Notes: generated by a model not told the origin, from the letters alone. Counted from the first letter of the stretch, positions 51,890 through 60,033 are shown. The stretch: DNA of 64,000 nt from Thermoproteota archaeon (GCA_029258835.1 JAPDJY010000031.1:40-64039), one strand, 5' to 3'. Program-made: numbers and translations.

Positions 51890-53824
51890 TCAACGGGATC
51901 GCCTAGCTTGTTCAAACTCACTTCTCTTGTCCCTGAAGCTCGACATGTAGAAGACGAAGGATCTGACGTCTTTCCTGTTCATTACCCATGTTTTGGCCGA
52001 GTCTATTATTTTCTTGAAGAGGTGGTAGTGCCATTTGGCAATTTTATCCGCTATGAAGAGTGGCTTGTTGTGTCCGAAAGCTTCGGGGATGGACGGGGGC
52101 GCCATGGAGGCAAGCACTGTTAGGAGCATGTTCTGGACGGGGTTCTCCACGCCGGCATCCCTGTAAATTATGACCTCTAACGGCTCCTCTAATCCACCGT
52201 AGACGTTAACCAAGGGGAGAACCACTTCCTCTTTGAGGTCGAAGCCCGGGTAGACGAGCCTGTCTATGAGGAGAACGTTGCTCCTCAGCTTTGGATCCCT
52301 CCTTGCTTCAGCCAGCTGGACGTAGCTTCTCAGGAAGAGGCGCTCCATTGAGGTCTTGTTCCTTCTGGCTCCTAGGACGTAGCCGATCCCCCTACTCCTG
52401 TCGGGGATTATGGTAGGGAAAATGGAGTCATACTCTATGAGCGCCCAGGGAGGCTTAATATCCTCCCAGAAGGACAGGGAGATGGATTGGAGAAGCATGC
52501 GGTCTGTGTTCGGGAGGGATGCTAATTGGTCCTGTGGTGGGGCATCTTTAAAGAGGCGGCAATGGTGGCATACTGGTATCACGTGGTTTTTGAAGTCTCT
52601 AGCATAGGTGTCTTTTGTTATTCCCACAAGGAGCTTCCTATTCTTCCAGCATTCCTCTATGAGCATGTACTGGGTGAAGAGGGTGATGAAGGCGAGGTCC
52701 AGAGTTGTTATTATGCGGTGTTCGCCGTCAACTTCAACGCACATCTTGTTCTCGGCTTCTCCACCTGCATCCTCGAGGAACAGGCGGTTTCCAACATCTT
52801 CAACGAGCTTTTTCACCCTGCTCCATGACGTCTTGTACCGTTCAGCTAGGGAGTACTTCCCTCCCTTCTCCACTAGTACGCCCTTAGTGGTGAACGCCTT
52901 CATGTAGCGTTCAACCTTCTTCACGCGTTCACCCTTGACTCCAAGGATGCCGCAGACCTGGCTGGGGGTCAGAGGCTTGTCTGACCGCTCAAGGAGGAAG
53001 ACTATGCTATGTCTTAAGTAGTCTCCCCGTGGAGGGGGGAGACCGAGCTCCGTGCTTACTATCCTGTGCCTTGCGAGGAGGAGGTCTTCCTCGTCTATAG
53101 GTGTCCCGTCGACCTTCAACCCTAGAATAGCGCACATCTTCCAGTATTTCCTCTTTGACGTATCGTATAGGATTGAGGAGAGGCTGTTAGAGAGGGACCT
53201 GTCCATTAGGATTATTTTTGTTTCAGGGTTGCGGTTAGAGGCGAAAAGGTAGGAAAGGTAGAACTCTGCGAAAGTCATGATCCAGTTGGATATACGTGAG
53301 TTGTTAACGACCTCCTCGTCTGCCATCGGCCTTGAGAGGCCGCCCTCCTCCGTGAAGAAGGTTTGGTCAACCTCTACGACCTGGTTTACGAATAGTGGGA
53401 CGCAGCTTGAGACCCCGCATCCTTCCCTGATAACTCTGTCATCGTAGTTCACCTTCGGAGGAGCGTCCTCGCGGAACTCCACCGTTCCGGTTGACGCATA
53501 TGCCCCTCCGAAGAAAAGTACCATGTCGAAGAGTAGCTGGGAGTACTCTGTCCCGTCTACCGCTGCGAACTTAACCATTTCCGAGCCGAAGAGGCGTCTA
53601 GCCGTCTCACATGCACCTTTAAAGTCTATTTTTGAGATAATGCGCTTAGAAAAGAAGTTGTAGAGTTCGGATGTGACTGCCAGCTTCTCAGAGTAATCCT
53701 GGATTTGGCTCTGGATACCAGACCTTAAAAGCCTACCAATCCTACCAAGCTGCACGCTTATGAAGGACGCCTCCAAAAAGCACACCACCACGCATTCACA
53801 AGAACGAGATTGAATGAGGAACAT
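51890..53824 (-). CDS. NurA-like nuclease, oversized, with an inserted winged-helix-like segment
   Basis: 'FAAVDGTEY', 'ILMDRSL', 'VGITKDTYARDF', 'NTDRMLL' and 'PLFIADKIAKW'. The insert is 'LTPSQVCGILGVKGERVKKVERYMKAFTTKGVLVEKGGKYSL'. The start is uncertain (ATG 53824, GTG 53791 or 53755). Confidence 0.65.
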   Translation of the reverse strand: MFLIQSRSCECVVVCFLEASFISVQLGRIGRLLRSGIQSQIQDYSEKLAVTSELYNFFSKRIISKIDFKGACETARRLFGSEMVKFAAVDGTEYSQLLFDMVLFFGGAYASTGTVEFREDAPPKVNYDDRVIREGCGVSSCVPLFVNQVVEVDQTFFTEEGGLSRPMADEEVVNNSRISNWIMTFAEFYLSYLFASNRNPETKIILMDRSLSNSLSSILYDTSKRKYWKMCAILGLKVDGTPIDEEDLLLARHRIVSTELGLPPPRGDYLRHSIVFLLERSDKPLTPSQVCGILGVKGERVKKVERYMKAFTTKGVLVEKGGKYSLAERYKTSWSRVKKLVEDVGNRLFLEDAGGEAENKMCVEVDGEHRIITTLDLAFITLFTQYMLIEECWKNRKLLVGITKDTYARDFKNHVIPVCHHCRLFKDAPPQDQLASLPNTDRMLLQSISLSFWEDIKPPWALIEYDSIFPTIIPDRSRGIGYVLGARRNKTSMERLFLRSYVQLAEARRDPKLRSNVLLIDRLVYPGFDLKEEVVLPLVNVYGGLEEPLEVIIYRDAGVENPVQNMLLTVLASMAPPSIPEAFGHNKPLFIADKIAKWHYHLFKKIIDSAKTWVMNRKDVRSFVFYMSSFRDKRSEFEQARRSR

Positions 53825-54348
53825 AAAAAAATATCCAGAAAACTCGAGATTACCCCCCTTTGACGGCCCCTTAGGATAGGCGTTTAAGAAGTCGTGTACG
53901 TCCCCCCTTAGGTGAGTTATAGTGAGAGGGAGAAAGACGTAGGCCGCCGATGGATTCTATGGAAGAGGGGTTAACTCTAAAATTTGATGATAACGCAAGA
54001 AAGTTCAAGGGGATGCTGCGGTATTCAAATGGAGCCATATAGAAGCTGATTCTTCGAAGGCTTCCTCAGCAAGGCGAGCACGCAGGCAGAGCGTTCAAGG
54101 AGGCAGAGATCTTCAAGGCGAATGATACTAGCCAACGTAATGGTGTGAAAATGATTGGAACAGCGTCACCTAGGGGGAGACAAGGGAATCAACTTCGTGT
54201 TGTCTTTCATACTTTTATGAGATTGCGAGTATAGTTAAACTTTTAAGGTTTAAACTTAGTAGGTAGGCTTTAACGAAACATGCCCGTAATAATTGGGTGA
54301 AAGTAGGAGAGGAAAATGGAAGCATTAGTTGGTGAGAGGTGAAGGAGG

Positions 54349-54741
54349 TTGTCCAGAAAGAGGAGGGCGGCTAGGAGAAGAACCGTTAGAAAGAGGAGGT
54401 ATGCACTGCTGGGAGCCCTTCTCATGATAGTTTCCCCGTTCATACCGAACATATACTTCGCCTTTACAACCGCCCCAGGACAGATATTTCCTTCCCTAAC
54501 CGGAGGAATAACGTTTTGGCTTGACATAATAGGGATCTTGACGCTTGTGATGGGCGTTATAGTACTCATTGGATACTTGGTTTCCGAGAGAGACCTGTCG
54601 ATGATCCTCACGATCCTAGGGGGGGTAATAGGGCTGCTTCTAGGGATAGTAGGAGTAGTATCGATGCTGCCGTCGCTACCGTTCGGGCCAGCAGCCGCCG
54701 TGATAGGTGGAATCCTGGCATTGGCCGGGTCAATAAGTTAA
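54349..54741 (+). CDS. Small membrane protein with an Arg-rich N-terminus
   Basis: TTG start follows 'gaaggagg'. 'SRKRRAARRRTVRKRR' is followed by 3-4 hydrophobic helices. Confidence 0.5.
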   Translation: MSRKRRAARRRTVRKRRYALLGALLMIVSPFIPNIYFAFTTAPGQIFPSLTGGITFWLDIIGILTLVMGVIVLIGYLVSERDLSMILTILGGVIGLLLGIVGVVSMLPSLPFGPAAAVIGGILALAGSIS

Positions 54742-54868
54742 AAGTTAAACCCATCCACTATCTTTTTTTCCTGCACGAAAAACGCTTAACAAAAAGGAGT
54801 GTTACGAGTCTCGTGCATTCTGAAAGTTAATTATTTTGCATGAGGTTTGTCTTTTGCTTGGTGATTAA

Positions 54869-55052
54869 ATGACGGAGTACGTTGTTAAAGATGGGGGGAC
54901 TAACCGTTCTTCCCGCAGAGTTCAGGAGAAAATACAGGATATTAGACGAGAGAATATCCTGGCCAATGAGGGAGAGTAGGATTATATCATGCCTAGGTAG
55001 TAGCTGGGAAGACCTTCACCGTACCTCCAGAGGTCATGCCAACCTAAGTTAA
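54869..55052 (+). pseudogene. AbrB/SpoVT-like small gene split by a G6 homopolymer
   Basis: 'MTEYVVKDGG' (frame of ATG 54869) continues as 'LTVLPAEFRRKYRILDE...' in the next frame. G5 instead of G6 at 54893-98 would fuse them. Confidence 0.35.
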
Positions 55053-55514
55053 TGGAATTTTATTGAGACCTATGAAGGGGGGCGGAGGCAGCTACAGTTG
55101 ATGGAAAGATGAGGCGGGATGATGTTGAAAGTCGAAATTATTATGATTTCTACTTAACGTTGCATGGTGACTTTCAAGGTCTCCCGGTTTAATGGGGGAG
55201 TGCAGAGGTAGCTGATTTCTCTTGTGGCATTGCCATGATGCTTTTTAGCGTTGTGAGGAGCGGGATTCAGCGGACGTAGTCTTTTTTATAGGTATGTGTC
55301 CGCTTTGGGACGCGTCGCCTTGGAGGGTGAGACCTTTAAGGGCTCGTCCCCTTTCGGGGAACTCCAGATCCCCACATCCTAATTCGGCACGATAGGCAGC
55401 TAAGCTGCCTGAACAGACGGGATCAAACACATTTTAGGAGAGAAGAGGTATAAGAGAGATGTAAATAAAAATGTGTTATGGTTGCAAGGTGTTTATCAAT
55501 GTTTACGAAAATTG

Positions 55515-56963
55515 TTACTGTTTCGCAAGGCGTCTCAGCGTTCTTTTGGGTTGCTTATATGGTTCTATTTCTATTATTATTTCTTCTACCGTTGGCAGGA
55601 AGCGGACTATGTGGTCTTCTAGCTCTGATGAGAGATCGTGGGCGTCCCTTAGGGGCATTGAGTCATCCAGATATAGGGTGAGGTATATGTTTGGTTCTCC
55701 ATCGTAGTTTTTCACTTCCACCTCGTAATCGGCTATTTCCCCCTTGAGGGATTCCTTAAATGACTCCACCGCTTCCTTAACTTTTTCAACTAGCTCTTCA
55801 CCGACCGCTCTTTCCGTGGACTCTAGAATCCCTCCCTCAGCAGCGTCCAGGTCTATGTTTACTTCTTCAATGCGGGGGATTTCACGTTTCACCATTTCCT
55901 CGAACCTGTCAGCCATCATGCTGGCCTCCCCCACGCTGATGTCCGATGGAACCTCCAAATGCACGTCCACATGGAGCTTCCCGTTAACTTTCCTTACAAC
56001 CAGCCCGTGGATGCTGAATCCCTCATCTAACGCGAGCGTCCTAATACGCTCAACGATGCGCCTTGGAGCCCTTGAAGGATCAGTGTCTATGACGACGTCG
56101 GCACCCGGCAGGACTTTCAGTATTTTCTTTTCAACCTCTGACGCCACCTTGCTCGCCCTTCTAAGCGACAACAATGGGTCCAAAAGGATCGTCGCATCAA
56201 CGAAGAACTTGTTTCCAGCCTGTCTAACCCTCACACGCTTACAGTCAACTACTCCCTTAACTGAGCAGATCAGTTTCTCCAGCTGCTCGGCCATCCCCTT
56301 CGGAGCCCTGTCAAGCAGCACGTCCACAGCCTTCTTGCTGATCTTCAAGCTTGCGTAGAACACCAGCCCTGCAACCACCATCGCGGCGGCGGGGTCTCCA
56401 TAGCGCAGGAAGTCAACGCCCCATACGGACGCAGCCCTAGTAAGGGCTAAGCCAACAACCACGATCATCGATGACCATATATCCGTAGCGAAGTTGAGGG
56501 CGCCGGCTTCAAGAACCTGACTATTGTACTCCCTTGCCGCCCTAGAAAGCAGGCGAGAGAAGAGGAAGCTTACTGTTATGGAGACGCCCATAACGATGAA
56601 AGCCCAAATGTTCACTTCAACGCCAACCTTCTTGAATAGGAGGCGCTGCAATGCCTCGTAGAAGATCCAGCTTGAAGTGGCTATGAGAAGGAGTGCCTCC
56701 ATGAATGTGGAGAAGTTTTCAACTTTACCATGACCGTAATGGTACTCAACGTCAGCTGGCTGCCTTGCGACTCTAACCGCTAGGAACGCCACGAACATGG
56801 CTACTAGGTCCAAGATGGAGTCGAGGGCCCCTGAGAGAAGGCTGAGGCTCTGGGTTAGGAGGCCTACTCCCAGCTTTAGAAGCGTTAAGGATATAACGGC
56901 CAATACTGAGAGTGCGGTAAGCCGTTCAGGGTTTAACCGGGACAAAAAGCTACTTAAACCCAT
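55515..56963 (-). CDS. Cation diffusion facilitator (CDF) transporter with three tandem cytoplasmic-domain copies
   Basis: The TM core carries 'GALDSILD' and 'HYGHGKVE'. Three CTD-like modules follow, at residues ~210-298, ~299-375 and ~376-470. Confidence 0.85.
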   Translation of the reverse strand: MGLSSFLSRLNPERLTALSVLAVISLTLLKLGVGLLTQSLSLLSGALDSILDLVAMFVAFLAVRVARQPADVEYHYGHGKVENFSTFMEALLLIATSSWIFYEALQRLLFKKVGVEVNIWAFIVMGVSITVSFLFSRLLSRAAREYNSQVLEAGALNFATDIWSSMIVVVGLALTRAASVWGVDFLRYGDPAAAMVVAGLVFYASLKISKKAVDVLLDRAPKGMAEQLEKLICSVKGVVDCKRVRVRQAGNKFFVDATILLDPLLSLRRASKVASEVEKKILKVLPGADVVIDTDPSRAPRRIVERIRTLALDEGFSIHGLVVRKVNGKLHVDVHLEVPSDISVGEASMMADRFEEMVKREIPRIEEVNIDLDAAEGGILESTERAVGEELVEKVKEAVESFKESLKGEIADYEVEVKNYDGEPNIYLTLYLDDSMPLRDAHDLSSELEDHIVRFLPTVEEIIIEIEPYKQPKRTLRRLAKQ

Positions 56964-57082
56964 TTGACTTTACATCCACCTTCCAGAAACTTTCAGGGGA
57001 GAACACCATAACCATCTTTCACACCTTAAGTTTTATAAAGATTGCCTAAAGGCCATGTGTAGGCGGTAAGTCCCCAATTGAT

Positions 57083-57679
57083 TTAAACGCCGGATTTCCT
57101 TCTCGCCCTTATAATTCCTCTCTCTGTGAGGATGAAGTCTACGGGTACATCGTGGGGCTCGGCGAGATGAGATAGGTCCTTAAACACTTGGCACGTATGC
57201 ACTAAGGTTCCCACCAGCATCCTAGGGTTCAGCCTTTTCAAGTATGTGACCTCTTTATCCCCATACCCTGAACCCTTCCCTATCCTGTTTCCTTTATGGT
57301 CCACTGCCACGCTGCCAACTACTGCTATGTCAACACGTCTCTTCAAAGGCTTCCCTAGGATTAACAGGTGCTTTATTGAAACCTTGTTCGGGTCGCTTCC
57401 AGCCTCGAGAAGCCTAAACTCCTTCATGTGAGGAGTCGCGTATGCAAGGTTTTTCCCGTCCATGAGCACCAGACGCCTTAGGGGTTTAAGGGCTGCGTCT
57501 GGACCCGTAAAAACGCACTCAGCACTATGGTATTCTTCAAGCTTTCTTATGTTGTAGGCGGCGGCAGTAGAGCCTTTAAAGTTAGGGATTCGCCCATGGG
57601 GTGGAAGGGGGAATACGGCTATGCCTTTATCTATCATCATGTCCCAGACGTATTTGCGGACAGCTTCCTTGCTCTCCAC
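57083..57679 (-). CDS. 5-formyltetrahydrofolate cyclo-ligase-family protein
   Basis: 'GRIPNF', 'VVGSVAVDHKGNRIGKGSGYGD' and 'VPVDFILTERG'. Confidence 0.7.
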   Translation of the reverse strand: MESKEAVRKYVWDMMIDKGIAVFPLPPHGRIPNFKGSTAAAYNIRKLEEYHSAECVFTGPDAALKPLRRLVLMDGKNLAYATPHMKEFRLLEAGSDPNKVSIKHLLILGKPLKRRVDIAVVGSVAVDHKGNRIGKGSGYGDKEVTYLKRLNPRMLVGTLVHTCQVFKDLSHLAEPHDVPVDFILTERGIIRARRKSGV

Positions 57680-57697
57680 CGGTACACCAGCCGAGCG

Positions 57698-58756
57698 TTA
57701 AGTGCGGGACCACTTCTCTGCTCTTATGAAGGCGGAGGAGAAGGTTCTCACCCTCGTGAATCCGGTTCTTTTCAGTAGTGCATCGAACTCCTCCACGGTG
57801 AAGCCGCCGTGCCCCCCTACCAAGGAGAAAAAGACGTCTTGGGTTGTCACTTTAGGCTTCTTTTTCAGTGGTGTTGACACTAGGAGGAGGCCTCCGTCCT
57901 TGAGGACCCTCGCGCATTCCTCAACTATTTTTTCAGCTGAGGGGTACCATTGGAGGATTTGGAAAGCGTAGACGACGTCGACTGACCCGTCATCCAGCGG
58001 GAACGGCTCTTCCACCTTTGGGTCGAGCGTTAGGAAGGATATGTTACCTAGGTCGAAGAGCCTTTTAACGGTGCCGTCCACGTTTACCTCAGCGTTCCTG
58101 CACTCGTCGATTATTGTGCTATAAAAGTCAGCGGCTATGAGGCTGCAGTCGAAGTCGAGGAACTTTAATATTAGGAATGGTTCGGTTCCAAACCTGCACC
58201 CTAAATCTAAGATTGTCTTTCCTTTAAGGCGGCGCTTACCTCCTAAGAGGAGGAGTATTTCACGTCCCAGGTTGAAAATCCTGTTGTTTTCCTGCCAGTA
58301 GTATGTAAGTGCGACCTCAGGTGAACCCCTATCCTTGCTCTTCCCCCTCAGTATTTCAAGCGCTGTTTTGGAAAGGTATCTTTCAGCAGCACGGTAGACG
58401 TCATCCACATCCTTTAACTGGGTAAAGCGTTTTTTAAGATCTTTAAGTTTCTCGATTTCTCCATAGTTTACTTTGAAGCCGTTATCGTGCTGGGCCATTA
58501 TGCCGCTTCTTACAGCTACATCCAGCAGGTTTTTAAGCAGGTCCTCCCGCTCAACAGGCCCTAGGAACGTTTTAATCTCATCGTAGCTCCTAGGTTCCTC
58601 CAAGAAGGAGACGACTCCAAGCTTTTCCAGTATAGTTATAACATAGTTAGTATACATTACATGGGCTATTTTCCTACTACCCCAGACTTTCCCTAATCCC
58701 TGAATGGTTTTAAAGTAGAGAGTAGCCCTTAAAAAAGGGTTTAAGAGGGGTGTCAC
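57698..58756 (-). CDS. SAM-dependent methyltransferase with an N-terminal winged-helix/dimerisation-like domain
   Basis: Motif I 'ILDLGCRFGTEP'. Later 'VDVVYAFQILQW' and 'LKDGGLLLVS'. GTG start overlaps the upstream stop (GTGA). Confidence 0.75.
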   Translation of the reverse strand: MTPLLNPFLRATLYFKTIQGLGKVWGSRKIAHVMYTNYVITILEKLGVVSFLEEPRSYDEIKTFLGPVEREDLLKNLLDVAVRSGIMAQHDNGFKVNYGEIEKLKDLKKRFTQLKDVDDVYRAAERYLSKTALEILRGKSKDRGSPEVALTYYWQENNRIFNLGREILLLLGGKRRLKGKTILDLGCRFGTEPFLILKFLDFDCSLIAADFYSTIIDECRNAEVNVDGTVKRLFDLGNISFLTLDPKVEEPFPLDDGSVDVVYAFQILQWYPSAEKIVEECARVLKDGGLLLVSTPLKKKPKVTTQDVFFSLVGGHGGFTVEEFDALLKRTGFTRVRTFSSAFIRAEKWSRT

Positions 58757-59619
58757 CTACTTCCCGTCCTTTCCATCACACGTATCAAGTTCAGGTTTTT
58801 GAGTAACCTGTAACTCTTTAAAAGCTTAACCATGTCTCTTATCCCGCTGGCTGAAAAAATCAAGGCGTCCACCGGCGCTTCACGCCCCACCGATGCTAAA
58901 ATGTCGATCAAGTCGCCTCCGAACGGAACAGGGGAAAGCGTTATGAGGTCTAAGTCTATTTCTACCCTCTTACCGAGGTCCTCTATGATCCTAGCTGCAT
59001 CTAACGCTAAGTATGGGTCATCCGCGCTGGCCTCCAAAACAGATAAGATCACTTTTTGAAGAGCGAAATCGGAGGGTACGTCCACCAACCCTAAGGAGCT
59101 AAACATTGAGGCTAGATGGTTGAACAGGTCTTCACTCCATCCCCCACTACGCTTCACGATCATGGCGTTCTCGCCGGATACGAACACCCAGTACTCGACT
59201 CCATCCACAACGTACCTAGCTGACCTGCCGCTTTCAACCAAGGGGAGGAAGCTTTGAGACTCATCACCCCAATTCGCGTCGCAGTAGGTTCTTTTCCGTC
59301 TGTTAAGGAAGAGGACCTTAGCGCTAACATTTGGAACGGGGAAGAATGGCTGAACCCTTTTCCAAGCAGAGGAAACGTATCTGCGCTTAAACCTCCATGG
59401 AGACGCTTTAGCAGCGACAACCTGTTCGTCTGCGTTAATAGACACCTCTAAAACGTGATCGCCATGGTCAAAGGAGAACGTTGAAAAACCATTCTCACTA
59501 ATATCACCCTGAAACCTTTCGTATTCGTATTCGTCCATTGGAATCCTATAGCGATACCGTTCCTTACAAATAGGACAAAAAACCTCAAACGACAGCAAGA
59601 ATACCTGATCCACAAGCAA
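58753..59619 (-). CDS. Hypothetical protein with an N-terminal CxxC...HxxH putative zinc site
   Basis: 'FCPICKERYRYRIP...FSFDHGDHV'. No family recognised. TTG start at 59619. Confidence 0.5.
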   Translation of the reverse strand: MLVDQVFLLSFEVFCPICKERYRYRIPMDEYEYERFQGDISENGFSTFSFDHGDHVLEVSINADEQVVAAKASPWRFKRRYVSSAWKRVQPFFPVPNVSAKVLFLNRRKRTYCDANWGDESQSFLPLVESGRSARYVVDGVEYWVFVSGENAMIVKRSGGWSEDLFNHLASMFSSLGLVDVPSDFALQKVILSVLEASADDPYLALDAARIIEDLGKRVEIDLDLITLSPVPFGGDLIDILASVGREAPVDALIFSASGIRDMVKLLKSYRLLKNLNLIRVMERTGSR

Positions 59620-59627
59620 CCCTCACT

Positions 59628-59657
59628 CAAAGTTACTGGCAACAAAGTTACTGGCAA
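59628..59657. repeat. Perfect 2 x 15-bp tandem direct repeat CAAAGTTACTGGCAA immediately upstream of the 58753..59619 start
   Basis: Read directly at 59628-59642 and 59643-59657. The first copy lies 9 nt from the start codon. Confidence 0.85.
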
Positions 59658-60033
59658 ATAAAATTTAGAAAAAAGGTAGAATAATAAATATTTTTGTAAG
59701 TTCCCTTTGTTTTCCTGTCTAAAATAGAAAAATGCATGTTTTTCGTCTTCATTAAATAAGAAATAAATGATGAGATTAAATTGAAGCAGAAAGGGAAGGA
59801 AGCCAATTTTATTTGTTTTCCTTTTTTAGTCTTTGAGACGTCAACTATTAGTGTGCTGGTATGTTTTAAAAATGATTAATGATTGTTGGTTATATCTATG
59901 TTGTCCTCCTTTTAAAAGCCTTTGGTGGTGCTGACATACTTCATTTATTAATAAATCTAATAATATTTAACAGTTTACGTAATATTTTTAAGTAGAAAAG
60001 GAAATGTGTGGGTTGAGAAGGGGTGAAGGCTTC

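Noticed and set aside
55321-55435. The ~115-nt hairpin cluster as 5S rRNA.
   Set aside because: The size is right, but conserved 5S segments such as '..GAAC..GAAGUUAAGC..' are absent on both strands.
55744-56358. Long antisense ORFs inside bona fide genes. Examples are 55744..56358 (204 aa) opposite the CDF gene, 2939..3454 (171 aa) and 1460..1891 (143 aa) opposite the dehydrogenase/hydratase gene, and 30007..30498 opposite reverse gyrase.
   Set aside because: They are Ser/Pro/Leu-rich and low in complexity, carry no motifs and are fully embedded opposite genes with strong family signatures. These are typical shadow ORFs of a moderately GC-rich, purine-skewed coding strand.
59658-60003. AT-rich spacer as a replication origin.
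   Set aside because: I recognised no ORB or mini-ORB inverted repeats, and there is no adjacent orc1/cdc6 gene. Only AT-richness supports the idea, so I reported it as a low-interest observation instead.
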